Positions 1-11,536 of a stretch of 64,000 nt of DNA are shown here, in pieces; the first letter of the stretch is position 1; each line of letters starts with the position of its first letter. The stretch is from Zancudomyces culisetae HAW-14-8. Its lineage: Eukaryota; Fungi; Kickxellomycota. The notes under the pieces were generated by a model. It was not told where the DNA came from, did no database searches, and saw nothing but the letters and a program-made list of their open reading frames with translations. The DNA lies in NCBI GenBank assembly GCA_052426225.1, contig JBNJNM010000013.1:1984001-2048000 (forward strand), given 5' to 3'. Both the position numbers and the translations under genes were made by a program.

Positions 1-661
1 CAGCATTGTTATTTGTAAATGCAAGTGGGTTTTGTTGAATTCCAGTATTTACAACAAACTCGGGTAACATAACGTTGCTTGTGGGACGGTTTCCAACGTA
101 CAGCGACTTTTGGTCGTTATTTCCAGATAGTGGCATTCTCATATTGTTGTTTCCGCCAAACTCAAAGTTTTGACCAAATCCTAACCCCAAAGGTGTGTTC
201 AGTCCAATCATATTACTGCTAGCATGATGTCTACTCCCTGTATTAGAAAGCATCTCAAGACTCAATTTAGGTGCTCCAAGCGGGGCCAGTGAATGGATTC
301 CTCCTGTTGCTGCTGCAACCGCAGCAGCAGCAGAAAACCCTTGGCTCTTTTGAGTAGACATATCGCTTTTTAATCCTGCAGACATTTTCTTGGTTGTATT
401 CTGTCTATTTTTACCAGATCTCTCTCTTTTGCGGATGTGGTCAGCACTATGGATTTTCATATGTCTTGTGAGTTCATCTGTTCGTGAAAATCGTTTCCCG
501 CAATCTGGATGTGTACATTGATGTGGCTTCTCCCCAGTATGCGTTCTTAAGTGTCTAGTTTTATGCTCTAACCTGAAGAATGCCATGGGACATAGCGGGC
601 ACTGGTACGCCCTCACATCGTTCTTCTTTGTTGTAGTTTTTCGTTTCTTTTTTGTATCCAT
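1..661 (-). CDS. creA: Carbon catabolite repressor CreA/Mig1-type C2H2 zinc-finger transcription factor (5' part; runs off window start)
   Basis: Not in the ORF track; translated by hand from ATG at 661: [71 protein letters not shown]. This is the CreA/Mig1 double finger (RLEHxTRH..HTGEKPH..C.KRFSRxDELTRH), followed by an Ala-rich tract. The frame is open to position 1. Confidence 0.92.
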   Translation of the reverse strand, partial: MDTKKKRKTTTKKNDVRAYQCPLCPMAFFRLEHKTRHLRTHTGEKPHQCTHPDCGKRFSRTDELTRHMKIHSADHIRKRERSGKNRQNTTKKMSAGLKSDMSTQKSQGFSAAAAVAAATGGIHSLAPLGAPKLSLEMLSNTGSRHHASSNMIGLNTPLGLGFGQNFEFGGNNNMRMPLSGNNDQKSLYVGNRPTSNVMLPEFVVNTGIQQNPLAFTNNNA

Positions 662-3600
662 CCATGCGTTTGGCAGTTTTTTATTATTTACAAAATCTAG
701 TTATACACGTACAAACACACCAGTATATCACAGTCCTCTTTAATGTTATTCCGAAAATTAAGATTGTTTCAGTTGATGCTGTTGAAAGTGATATAGCTTC
801 TTGTTGCAATATTTTGCTTGGTTTACCTTGATTATTAAATATTACTCTTTAACAGCTTGAATTATCTTGGATTATTTTTTTTACTTTCCATGCGGTTTTA
901 GACTGTATTTATACAAAAATATAATTCTTATGTATAGATGTGTTGTGTTGTGTTGAAGCAATGCTTTTCCAATATTTATTCTACTTTTGCTATTACATAC
1001 ACTGAAGAGCTCTAACCCCACTTCTTATTCTGCGTTTTCTATAAAACTAGCTGAACTATTTTATAAGTAATATTATCAGCTATTAGTCATCTTATACCAC
1101 AAATTTTTAATATATAAACGTACTAGGTTTTAAAATTCTGGATTTATTCCTAGTATCATTGAATTTCTTTACCTTTTCTATGTACCCTTATAAAATTACG
1201 TCTAGAAATAATTAAATATATGCTATTAAAAAAGCTTAAATAATACGTATTGGGATATAGTAGTATATATTATAAAAGTAGAAGATAAAGATTGCGTTTC
1301 TTTTTGCTTATTACTAAAATATATCTTTTAATAAAATGGTCTAAACTAAGGTTCGTATTTATAAAAATGTCTAATTTGAAGCAACCTTATTATATTTGCA
1401 GATAACTAAACATTATACAGATAATTCAAATAATGCTACTCTACCGAAAAATGTTGATAGAACACAACTCGCCACCAGCTCGAATTTATAATATATATCT
1501 ATTTGTATCTACAAGCTATATTGTGTGATAGTATTATTCATTTTTTTCATTATTTAGTCATTTTAAAGACTGTGCCTTTGTTTATATTTTTATTTGGTTT
1601 TATTATACAGTTTATTCTCATTTTAATTTTTGGTTTCCAAAAGGTCGAATGAGCTAAATCAATGTGTGCTTTGCAATATTAAGATGCTGCTAATTCCCAA
1701 TTTCTGAGATATTCGAGACTTTACTTTTTTTTTTTAATAATGGTATTATTGTCGGTGACCTAACCATAGTTTAGAATGATATCCTTATTACTCGTGTACA
1801 TGTTTCTGATAATTGAACTATTTTTTTCATGAATAGATACAATGCATCTACTCACATTTTTTCAAATGCTGTTTTTTGCTTTAATTTTAGAGCCTAAAAT
1901 TGCAAACATCCTTTACTGTTAAATTAAAAAAATGTTAAAACGCGAAGGTTGCTATTTTCCTATTCGTCTTTTTTTTTTATTACTGAAATGCTTTATTACC
2001 TTAAAGCAATTTTGTATCAATTAGAAAACAATTACCATGCCCTGCAGAGGCACTTCAACCATTTGAACATCATTTTTTTTCCTTTTTGGTCCTTTTTTTT
2101 GTGCAATAATAGGTTTCTATTATAGGTGAAAAATGTAAATATAACAAAAAAAAATTCTCCACATTGTTTCAGAAATAAGTGGACTATTCAAAGTTTCATA
2201 TATTGGTTGATAGCCTAAATCTCGTGTAGTTACACATATGTTATCCATTCCGATGTTTTCTTTTCATTATTTGGCTCAAGAGCATTGAGTAATACCCAAC
2301 TTTGTTTTTAAATCCTTGCTGCGTTTTGCATTTGGTTTTAGGTTTACATTTTCGTGCTGATAGACAAAAATGAAATAGTCTTGGCCAGTACAGTTATAGG
2401 TAATGAAAGTAAAGATGGCGGTGGAAGCGAGAAAAACGTTACTGGAATAGCCTAAAGAGTGTTTTTACAAACAGCTTTTTTTTCATAAGACTTACTTCAT
2501 AACATTAAACCATATATTAACCGGGCGTTTTGACCATAGTTTGATGAGATGACTCGTGTTAGAGCGTTGAATATTAAAGTAGCTTGAAAAGTAGTATGCC
2601 TTTTATCAATGTTTGTAACTTCCAATTAAAGTAAAGGTACAAACTGCCGATGCTTATAGATGACCAGTATGCGCATTAAAGCAGTTTGCTTTTCATATTA
2701 ACAAATATAATCCACATACACATCACGTCAAAACATATACATAATGTTCAAAAATAATGACTGTACAAGTTATTTTCAGGTACTCGAGGTACTTTTTACA
2801 CTAAAAAGCCCTGTGGAACCAATGATACCTCCTCACAAAATGAAAGCGACAACCATATTCACAAAGATATTTTTTGGTCCTTCAACCACTAAACCATTAA
2901 ACTGCTACTCTCAAAGATGCTAGTCTAAACTAGCTTGTATGTATACTGTACCACTCTTATCATCACGCATTTAAGAATAGCTTTTTTTGCAAAAAGTTCA
3001 GCTAGTTATTAACTATAACTGCCCCAATAATCAAATAATAAAGTTTGTGGTCTTATCTTGATTGTAGCGTTCATAAAAATTATGATTATTGCGTTTAACA
3101 AGTCTATGTTTTTAATTGAGGATGCAGTGTAAGATAGGTACCGTAATCCAAGTATCAAGAATGCATTTCTTTTCTACAAATTGGCAGTATAAATTGATTC
3201 TCATGATTAATCCAGTCCATCTTTTTTTCAGTACAAATCCCCCTCATCTATAAAATACCAACTATTCAAGATAAAAATAGCACCCACTCTCGTCAACTAA
3301 TATTTACTAGATATTTGACATTAGCTTTCACTGCCAGCATGTGTAGAGGATAAAGTTATTTTGAAATTACACCAAGTATTCTAGTTTTCAAGAAAACTTT
3401 AACAAAGTTTAAAAGCTATTACCTCTATATATCTTTTTACCGCAGCTGGATATCAGCGTCTCTACAAAACCAAAGACAAAGTCAAATTCGAATTCAAGGC
3501 CAAACCCAAAGTATTTTTATTCATGCCTTGTGCTATCCGCTATCCGCTTTTCATTTTAATTTCTATTTCCATTTCCATTTCCATTTTAAATTTCTCTGCG

Positions 3601-3887
3601 CCGAATGATTCGAACTAGCATTTTTCTTATTAGTACAAGAAGCAGTGTTAATATATTTAAAAAATTCTACTTCATTGATATAGCGCTTCTGATTTCAAAA
3701 TACAATGGTGTATTAGAAACAGCGAAAAAAATAAATTTGGTCTGTCTCTTGCAGACGTCCCAAATACTAGTTTATATATTTTAAGCATTCAGAAGTACCA
3801 AAATATTCAGGGAATAAAATATATAATACAAATGTTTATAAGAGTATGGCACATATGTATACCATAAAATCACACATTAAATTGCAT

Positions 3888-3995
3888 ACTCCCCGCTTGC
3901 TATCTCTTTTAGCTTCCTCCATACACTTTAACATCCACTCCCCGCTAAATTTATTCTTTTGAATTATTTTCACGCCCGCATTCCTCTCCACGCTA
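3888..3995. promoter_or_regulatory. Cluster of three CreA/Mig1 consensus sites (SYGGRG on minus strand)
   Basis: CCCCGC at 3891 and 3940 (both within ACTCCCCGCT) and CTCCAC at 3986, within ~100 bp of very AT-rich DNA between the divergent creA and RasGEF genes. Confidence 0.3.
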
Positions 3996-4181
3996 AATCT
4001 AAGCGTATTTGACTTTTAAAACAAAACCAGGGGTGTAGACAATCCATCCCTGTATTTTCATTTTTAACTTATAAACAAGTGTGTGCATTCTTATTTTTTT
4101 TAAATAAGTGGAAAGAAAATCCGAGAGGGGTTGAGTTGGTTTATATTGAGAATATTTGTAAATTAAAAAATAGAGCGTTTC

Positions 4182-4225
4182 AACCAGCTAAACCAGCTAA
4201 ACCAGCTAGACTAGCTAGGCTAGCT
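4182..4225 (+). repeat. Short 9-bp tandem repeat (AACCAGCTA x3 plus degenerate copies)
   Basis: aaccagcta-aaccagcta-aaccagcta-gactagcta-ggctagct read directly. Confidence 0.8.
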
Positions 4226-4887
4226 CAATGAAATTGAATGTATGGTTGGGTGATATAAAGCTAATACAACCATCTTTAAGCCAATAATATTGAGCATATT
4301 ACAGCTATTAGTTCAAGATTTTACACGGTTATCAAAAGATATTTGATATTAGATCCAAACTAGCAAAGTGAAATTAAAGAAATAATCGTTCAATATCACT
4401 ACTTTTTATCTTAAAACAAATATGCTTTAAATATGTCTCGGGTTTTCTTGTCCCATCTAACATACTAGAACCACAAACTTGTCGTGATTTTACTACATAA
4501 TCATACGTATTATACCGATCTGATTATAAAAGGAATGAAAGTTTTTTGTGTTTAAAAGTATGCTCTTGATATGGGACATTATCAACACAGCCATAAAGCT
4601 ATTGATAGTAGTTCTTGTATAAGTAAACTTGTGCAGAACGTTGATACATCCTAATCTGTGTTTTGTATGCATACTACCATTTATTTATTAGGGCATGGTG
4701 TGGTGGTAGCTGTGTGTGAGAGAATTTCGAATTGACATAAATTTTTATTTAGCTCTACCATTGTCGGAGTTTTAATGAAAGGGTGCAATATTTTGCGAAA
4801 CTAAAAACTTGGATGATTTTCAAAAAATCAGGCAACAAAAAAGATTACCTTTACTTTTTTCTTTTTCCTAAAGTATTTTAATGACGT

Positions 4888-4939
4888 CAGCTCATCAGCT
4901 CATCAGCTCATCAGCTCATCAGCTAATCAGCTCATCAGC
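4888..4939 (+). repeat. 8-bp tandem repeat (CAGCTCAT) ~6.5 copies
   Basis: cagctcat repeated with one cagctaat variant. Confidence 0.9.
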
Positions 4940-7632
4940 CCACCAATATAATGATGATATGGACGACATGAGAAAAATCAAAGTGTGTTCCAATATACAA
5001 AATGCCAGGGTTATACTATCCGGACATTGAGGTTTACACTGTCATCACTTTGTACACTGGATGGTGCATGCTTGACATTCTGAGCCAGCTCTTGTGTTTA
5101 ACAAGGAATTCACCTCGCCTCTAAACATTTTTTTTTCCATTCACTATAGAGGAGTGTTAGTAGATATAGGATGCCCCATATTTCTAAAAAAAAATGCTTT
5201 GCAAACTAATTCCATAAGCTTATAAAGATATTTATAAAAGTGGTGTGTTTTGAATAATTGAGACGTCTATATGAGGTTTGAATTTCTTCAAAGTTAGAGT
5301 AACTGAACAAATATTTTAAAAGAATAAAAAAATGGATAAAATAACAACTATAGACATATAGTCGGTTTTATAACTAATGAGTGTACTTTTAAACCAGAGG
5401 GAAACTGGATATGTATACTTATTTATCTTGGAATAATGGTCCAATTTTACCAGATAATTCACAAATATGGTACAGTGTAGTAAAGTATTATTTTTAGAAC
5501 AATGCATGTAGAATTTGGGGAATTTTTTAGCCGAAGAAAAGTATTGAATGGAATTAATATTGTGCATTTCAACTGAAAGGTAATTAAAATCGACTTGCAT
5601 GTATTAGTGGGATGTATATTTAAATAAAGAGCTTTATTAAGAAAGATAATTGATAAAATATCGGTGAAATGTGTAAAGAAAACTTCACAAATGGTAGATA
5701 TTATATTCTCATGAGTAACTTTCAATTAAAGGCGAAAATGAAGACCTAAAAGTAGAGAGGAGCCGAGACTAATTAATAATCAGAGAAAGGGAAAAAAAGT
5801 ACATGGACTTTCATATGCATTTGCGAATGGTCAGAAAAGTATGCTTGTATGGTGCCTAGTATACAGTTATAACCGATGTTTGTTTTACTGAAAACCTTTT
5901 ATTTTATTTTTTGTTGAATTGTAATACAAGGTTTAAAAGCACACTGGTATGGGGAGAAATGCTATTTAAAAATGTCGTCCGAAAGATTATGTAAACTTAG
6001 ATAGATACGCTGGCGCAGTTCTTGCGAATATATGAGAGGATAAATTGTAAGACGAAATCTTGCAAAGTCACTTCAGCTGCGGTAAAAATTGGAAGAAAAA
6101 AAAAAAACTAGTTGCGGATATTTGGACTTCTTGTCTCATCCTTAAAGCTGTTTAAAACAAATTTAATTGCTTTTAAATTTCATTTGTGCAACCCAATTAA
6201 TTATTTTTAGATTTAAGACAAAATAAAAGTAGAGAAATTGCTGTGGTGTATTTATGGAAAATGAAACAACACCAATATTTTATTGGCTATAAATAGAAAT
6301 TGGCAATAACTGAAGGAAATGCAACTGACACAAAACAGCACCAATTTTATAATTTCAATTGAGAAATAGGAAAACAAATTTGATTTGTAAAATGGTTGGA
6401 CAATTATTTATGGCGAATTTTAGAGAAAAAATAATATTTGGTAAAAACTTTTTACTAGACTTTTTTTTGGTGATCAATATTACCAGAAATTCAAAAGTTC
6501 AACAAGTATTCATTGTTTAGATATTTGCTTGATCATTGCAACAATTACAATCACAAGAACCAAAACTTCAAAGTGAAAGGATTGTATTCAACTGGCAGAA
6601 AGTGTAAGGTGAAAAATGGATTTACGGAGAGAAGTCAAGTTACCTATTGGGAAAGATAATGGGAGCGGTTGATCAAAACTAAATTATGGTTGGATAAATC
6701 AGTTTTAAGTTGGTTTCTCGTGTAACGAGTACGGTGTTCCGAATTGCGTAATGGTGGTTTTTTTAAATTGCTCAGAATTTTGTGTTAAAACGGTTATTAT
6801 TTCGTTTGACTATATGCGTAAAGTTTGTAATACACTGAACCATTTAGTATGGATTACAAAATGCTAGTACCATAACCACGTTAAATTTAATTACAAATTG
6901 TAATAGTTACATAACATGGAAAAATGAAATTTATTTTTAAACCTAATGGGCTAAGGGTTATAGCCAGTACATAATAGAAGTTCAGGTTGAACAAATGAAG
7001 GGCTATCTTTATACTTTGCTTGAGATGGTGTGCTGGTAAATTGGCCTAAATGCCGTTTTTTTTATTACTTTTTGCCAGATTCACAGCATTATTCTTCGTT
7101 TATTATATTATGTTTTTTTTTTGAGAATATTTGGATTTTGGATAAATCAAATTTTTAAAAGGATAATTTCGAATAAACTGCTTTAAAGAAATAAAGATTT
7201 TAGATTAAATATAATATATAGAATACAAGATAAAGAGGAAAACAAAGTGAAGGAGAGAATAGAAATACAATAAGAAGCAAAAGAAAATACTAAATAGAAA
7301 AAGAAAAGTATAACAATTGAGGAAGATAAAGAGTTTAGAAAAAAGAGATACCGTTGTTGAATATCTATTAGCCAAAAAGATACATGATACTTTTATAATT
7401 CAGAGTTATATTATATAATTCAGGCGAAAAAAGAATTCAAAAGTTGCAAATCATAGCCTGTAGAGAGATAATAAAATTAGATAGACGCAACTAGAGTGAT
7501 GAAGCGAATTATAACAAACTGAAGTAGTATAGATAAAACCAACGCAACTACAGGACAGTACAGATAAGATAGCAACATAAAGTAGTAGTAGAAGTAGTAG
7601 CAATAGTAGTAGCAATAGTTTAAAACAAAGAA

Positions 7633-10600
7633 ATGACAGCTTTAATACAAGGAAAAGAGGTAGCAACAAGAATTAACACAACAGAAGAATACCTATTAAT
7701 GCGAGAAGAAAGCAGAAAAAACGAGATACGAACTATACAAAGAGAAGAAGGCGAAATCGCCGATTATAGGATGGAGTTGTTGGAGGATAGTGGTACAACA
7801 CTAACAGTAGGGTTAGCACCAAATGGGGTTGGTAAATATATAGCAGAGCAACATATAGATAGCGATAATATTAGCAATGTGATGGATAGTGAGTCTGGTG
7901 AAACATTTACGCAAGAAAAGGATGCGATTTATCAGACATCGGGGGACAAGCTAAAGATATTAACCAAAGAATTGAATAAGGCTATTTCTACGCGAGAGGT
8001 TAGAAAGAAAGGAGAAATCTTGAGAAATGAAATTAGAGAAGCAATGGAGGAAGCAGATAAAGACAGGTATCAAACAGACACACTTGTATCAAGCAAGGAA
8101 CTTAAAGACAGCATGAGTTATAGTATCAGCAAAAGAACATTAGAAACGGGGGTGGATAAGACTATTGGTAGTGCAACAGGACACGCAGAATCGATTAGTG
8201 CATGTAATTCAATAATTAAGCCACAGAAAATATATATAACATTGATATCTAACGAGAAGGAGAATAGCGAGTCAACATTTGAAAGGGCGTTGGTACAAGT
8301 AAATGCAAGAGAAAGTTCTAGATCTACACAAGACAAAAAAGTGTATTTAACAAAGCTTACGATGAAATCAAAATTACATTCACTAGAGATTAGTAGGATC
8401 AGGATAGAAAATACCAGGAAGTTTGAGGTTGACTGGGTGGCAGAAAGGGTGCTTCCGGAAGAGATGTATAAAACAAATGTATTTATAATAGTAATTGAGC
8501 TGGATAACGAAAAAGGAAATGATATGCTTTTGGAGTTTATAAATTTTATATCCAGGCAGGGATGTAAAGCAATCGTTTCGATATGCACGTCTGATGATGC
8601 AGAACAACCAAAGACGGATCTACATCGCGCACACAGATTTATTAAAGATATATCGCAGCTTAAAAGTGACAATATTTCGGTATATAAAAGCTCTAGCAAA
8701 AACTTTGTTAAAGCCTTTCCGAAATTACTATTGAAATCGTGCCAATTATCAGTTGAAACAACTAATAAAGCGAATGACGATAGTAAAGGACAAGAACAAC
8801 AACAAAAACGAGGACAAGAACGAGGAAAAGGACAAGGGCAGGGACAAGATCATTATAATGAAAATATAGATATAGTAGAGACACCAAAAACAGCATCCGT
8901 TAATATTTCGAGAGATAGAGCTTCGTCCACAAACTCAAACACACTGATAGATCGAGTTTCGCAAGGAAAACCAAAACTCGAAAGAAACTTTGACGAGAAA
9001 AGAAAGTATTCACAAAACTCAGTTAATAAAAAAATCTCAGGTGATCTCACAGATGGGTCTAAAAGAAGCTCATCAGAAACAGATAAGTCGAGCACTGACA
9101 CAAAGAGGGAAGTCATACAAGGCGATAACGGATGGCTTGGATATCACCTTTCTGGGCTGTGGTCTGACCGACAATCAAGTATTAATATTAGAAATAGCAG
9201 TAGTGCAATTAATAATAACAGTATTATCAGTGGTAATGACAATGTTGGCGGAAATGGAAATGGGAATGGTAACAACGTTTTTCAAAAATCACAATTGTAT
9301 TTTTCTAGAAGTGAACTACTTAAAAAACTTATCAAATCAACTGAGGTTGACTTTAACCAAGATATCAACTATGTAAAACTATTCCTATTGGTGTATCCTA
9401 AATTCATGACCAGCGAAGAGTTCTTTTCATACCTTGAAAACTGTTTCTTTAGCAATCACAAATTATCCTTACTGACAATGCCAAAGGGTAAAGATTTCTA
9501 TTTCTCAAACACAAAGGACTACGTCAACAACAGTTCTCTTTTGGAACTCAAGATCTATCTATCCAACGTTCTATTATCTTGGGTCCAAGAATATCTCTAT
9601 GATGACTTTTTATCCAACAAAAGTCTACTACACAAAGTCCTGAGTTTTGCTACTGAAAATTCTGCTCAACCTCGAGTAAAAGCCGTATTGGATTCTATTG
9701 TTGAAAAATTATCTGTAGGTCTTCCCAATAAATTTATGGACTCTTCTAAATCCCCCAAATTTATCCAATTTGATAAACTGAAATCTCTCAGTCCTACTCC
9801 AGATAACCTCGACTCAAAATCCCCCAAAAGTCGAAAATTTACTTTTGATTTCTACTCAAAACTCCAAAAAAGTTCTACCTTTGATCTTTCCGTTCCCACT
9901 GAATTACTCAATTCCAACTCTAAACTTAAACCCAACTCCAAATCCTACTCCAACTCCAACTCCAATTCTAATCCTCATTCTGATACCCATTCTAATCCTC
10001 ATTCTAATACCCATTCTAATGCCCATTCTCACTTTGGTCCCGATGATACTCTGGCCGGCGATTTAAGTGCTACTTGGTTTACTTCTGTATCTCATAACAT
10101 ACTTTCCACCAATTCCGACAAAAGAAAAAGCTCTTCCCTGTTGAGAAAATCCCTTTCCAGTCATGTCGGTTTTGTTGAGGCTTCTCTTGCCAATGGAAAC
10201 ATTGTCGTCTTTTCTGCTACCGAACGGATTGTTTATATGCACTACAAATTGTTTGCAAAGCTTTTGTCCTCAGTGGAAATATTGACCTTTAAAAACATCT
10301 CTTCTCGTGACCTGCTGAATTATCTATGGAAACCTTCTCTTCATAAAAGGTTGATTCTCGACTCCACCTTAAAAGTTACCGACGACGATAAAATCTCCCT
10401 TATTTCTGTCGATAATTCTATCTCCAATTCTGTCGACCTTTCTAATGATGATGTTGAGAAATCCTCTCTTCTTCCCTCGATAGACTTTACTAATTTTGTC
10501 TCTGGTTGGGTTTCTCAATCTATTCTTGCTATGGATACTCCTCAACTACGTGCGCTAATGATGGAATGTTTTGTACGTCTCGCATCAGAATTGTACTCTC

Positions 10601-11115
10601 TAAAAAACCTTAGTACTCTTAATGCCATCTTATCTGGTATCAACTGTGCTGCCGTTTCAAGATTGTGGAAAACAAGAGAAATCTTTAGCAAATCAAAATA
10701 CCACGATCGTTTACTCAAACTGGAAGCCCTAATGTCTTCTGACAGATCATACTCCAGATATCGTGCTGTTGAAAAGTCTCTCTTTCCAAACTATGTTCCT
10801 TTCCTACCCATTCTATTAGGTGATCTAATCCACTGTGATGAAATTCTAAAAGACAAGTCTGAACTTGGTGACCACGACAAACCTGTTTTGCTAATTAATT
10901 GGAGAAAATATGAAATGATGGGAAAACTTGTACTAAGGTTCCGCCAAGTCCAAAATTCCGTTACTAAACTCAAATTTGACACTAATTCTATAAACAAGTT
11001 TTTGTCTCAAAAAATCTTGAGTGCTGATATACAATATGAACGGTCACTTTATGTTGAACCAAGAGCTGGATTAAACACCACTATTGTTAACAGTCAAAGT
11101 TTGAATACTGTTTGA
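7633..11115 (+). CDS. Ras guanine-nucleotide exchange factor (REM + CDC25-homology domain) with a long N-terminal extension
   Basis: 1160-aa ORF. REM-like segment LLKKLI..YVKLFLLVYPKFMTSEEFF..VLLSWVQEY..DF. CDC25 domain FTNFVSGWVSQSIL..RALMMECFVRLASELYSLKNLSTLNAILSGINCAAVSRLWKT..LMSSDRSYSRYR..YVPFLPILLGDL..LINWRK..RSLYVEPR. Confidence 0.93.
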   Translation: MTALIQGKEVATRINTTEEYLLMREESRKNEIRTIQREEGEIADYRMELLEDSGTTLTVGLAPNGVGKYIAEQHIDSDNISNVMDSESGETFTQEKDAIYQTSGDKLKILTKELNKAISTREVRKKGEILRNEIREAMEEADKDRYQTDTLVSSKELKDSMSYSISKRTLETGVDKTIGSATGHAESISACNSIIKPQKIYITLISNEKENSESTFERALVQVNARESSRSTQDKKVYLTKLTMKSKLHSLEISRIRIENTRKFEVDWVAERVLPEEMYKTNVFIIVIELDNEKGNDMLLEFINFISRQGCKAIVSICTSDDAEQPKTDLHRAHRFIKDISQLKSDNISVYKSSSKNFVKAFPKLLLKSCQLSVETTNKANDDSKGQEQQQKRGQERGKGQGQGQDHYNENIDIVETPKTASVNISRDRASSTNSNTLIDRVSQGKPKLERNFDEKRKYSQNSVNKKISGDLTDGSKRSSSETDKSSTDTKREVIQGDNGWLGYHLSGLWSDRQSSINIRNSSSAINNNSIISGNDNVGGNGNGNGNNVFQKSQLYFSRSELLKKLIKSTEVDFNQDINYVKLFLLVYPKFMTSEEFFSYLENCFFSNHKLSLLTMPKGKDFYFSNTKDYVNNSSLLELKIYLSNVLLSWVQEYLYDDFLSNKSLLHKVLSFATENSAQPRVKAVLDSIVEKLSVGLPNKFMDSSKSPKFIQFDKLKSLSPTPDNLDSKSPKSRKFTFDFYSKLQKSSTFDLSVPTELLNSNSKLKPNSKSYSNSNSNSNPHSDTHSNPHSNTHSNAHSHFGPDDTLAGDLSATWFTSVSHNILSTNSDKRKSSSLLRKSLSSHVGFVEASLANGNIVVFSATERIVYMHYKLFAKLLSSVEILTFKNISSRDLLNYLWKPSLHKRLILDSTLKVTDDDKISLISVDNSISNSVDLSNDDVEKSSLLPSIDFTNFVSGWVSQSILAMDTPQLRALMMECFVRLASELYSLKNLSTLNAILSGINCAAVSRLWKTREIFSKSKYHDRLLKLEALMSSDRSYSRYRAVEKSLFPNYVPFLPILLGDLIHCDEILKDKSELGDHDKPVLLINWRKYEMMGKLVLRFRQVQNSVTKLKFDTNSINKFLSQKILSADIQYERSLYVEPRAGLNTTIVNSQSLNTV

Positions 11116-11536
11116 TTTGTTCTCTCGCTGCTTTACTTTTTTTATATTGCTTTCCACTTTAGACTTTATCAGCATTATTATTATCCATTTAAATAGACTT
11201 TGTATTTCATTTGACTTGTAGTAACTTTTTATCTTTAACATGCATATTGAAGGATTAGATTGGCCTTCTTCCCCCCCCATCAATGAAATCAAAATGTGAC
11301 AGATTTGCCAAAATAACATCATAACTTCCCCCTCCCCCAACTCACTCTTCCATTCCTTTCACAACTTTTAATATTTTCCAGATGAAATTTATGTGAAGGG
11401 GGGGAGGTCAAGTTAACAATTCTAGCGAAAACAACAATAGTAAACTTTATTTTGTAAATAAGTTGCATTTATTTTCATTTTGTCCTCAACAATTTTCATT
11501 AATTCAAAAATAAAAAGAAGGGAGAGTGACTTGTAT

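Noticed and set aside
5316-5725. Short overlapping minus-strand ORFs
   Set aside because: AT-driven Ile/Phe/Lys-rich translations with no motif; likely chance.
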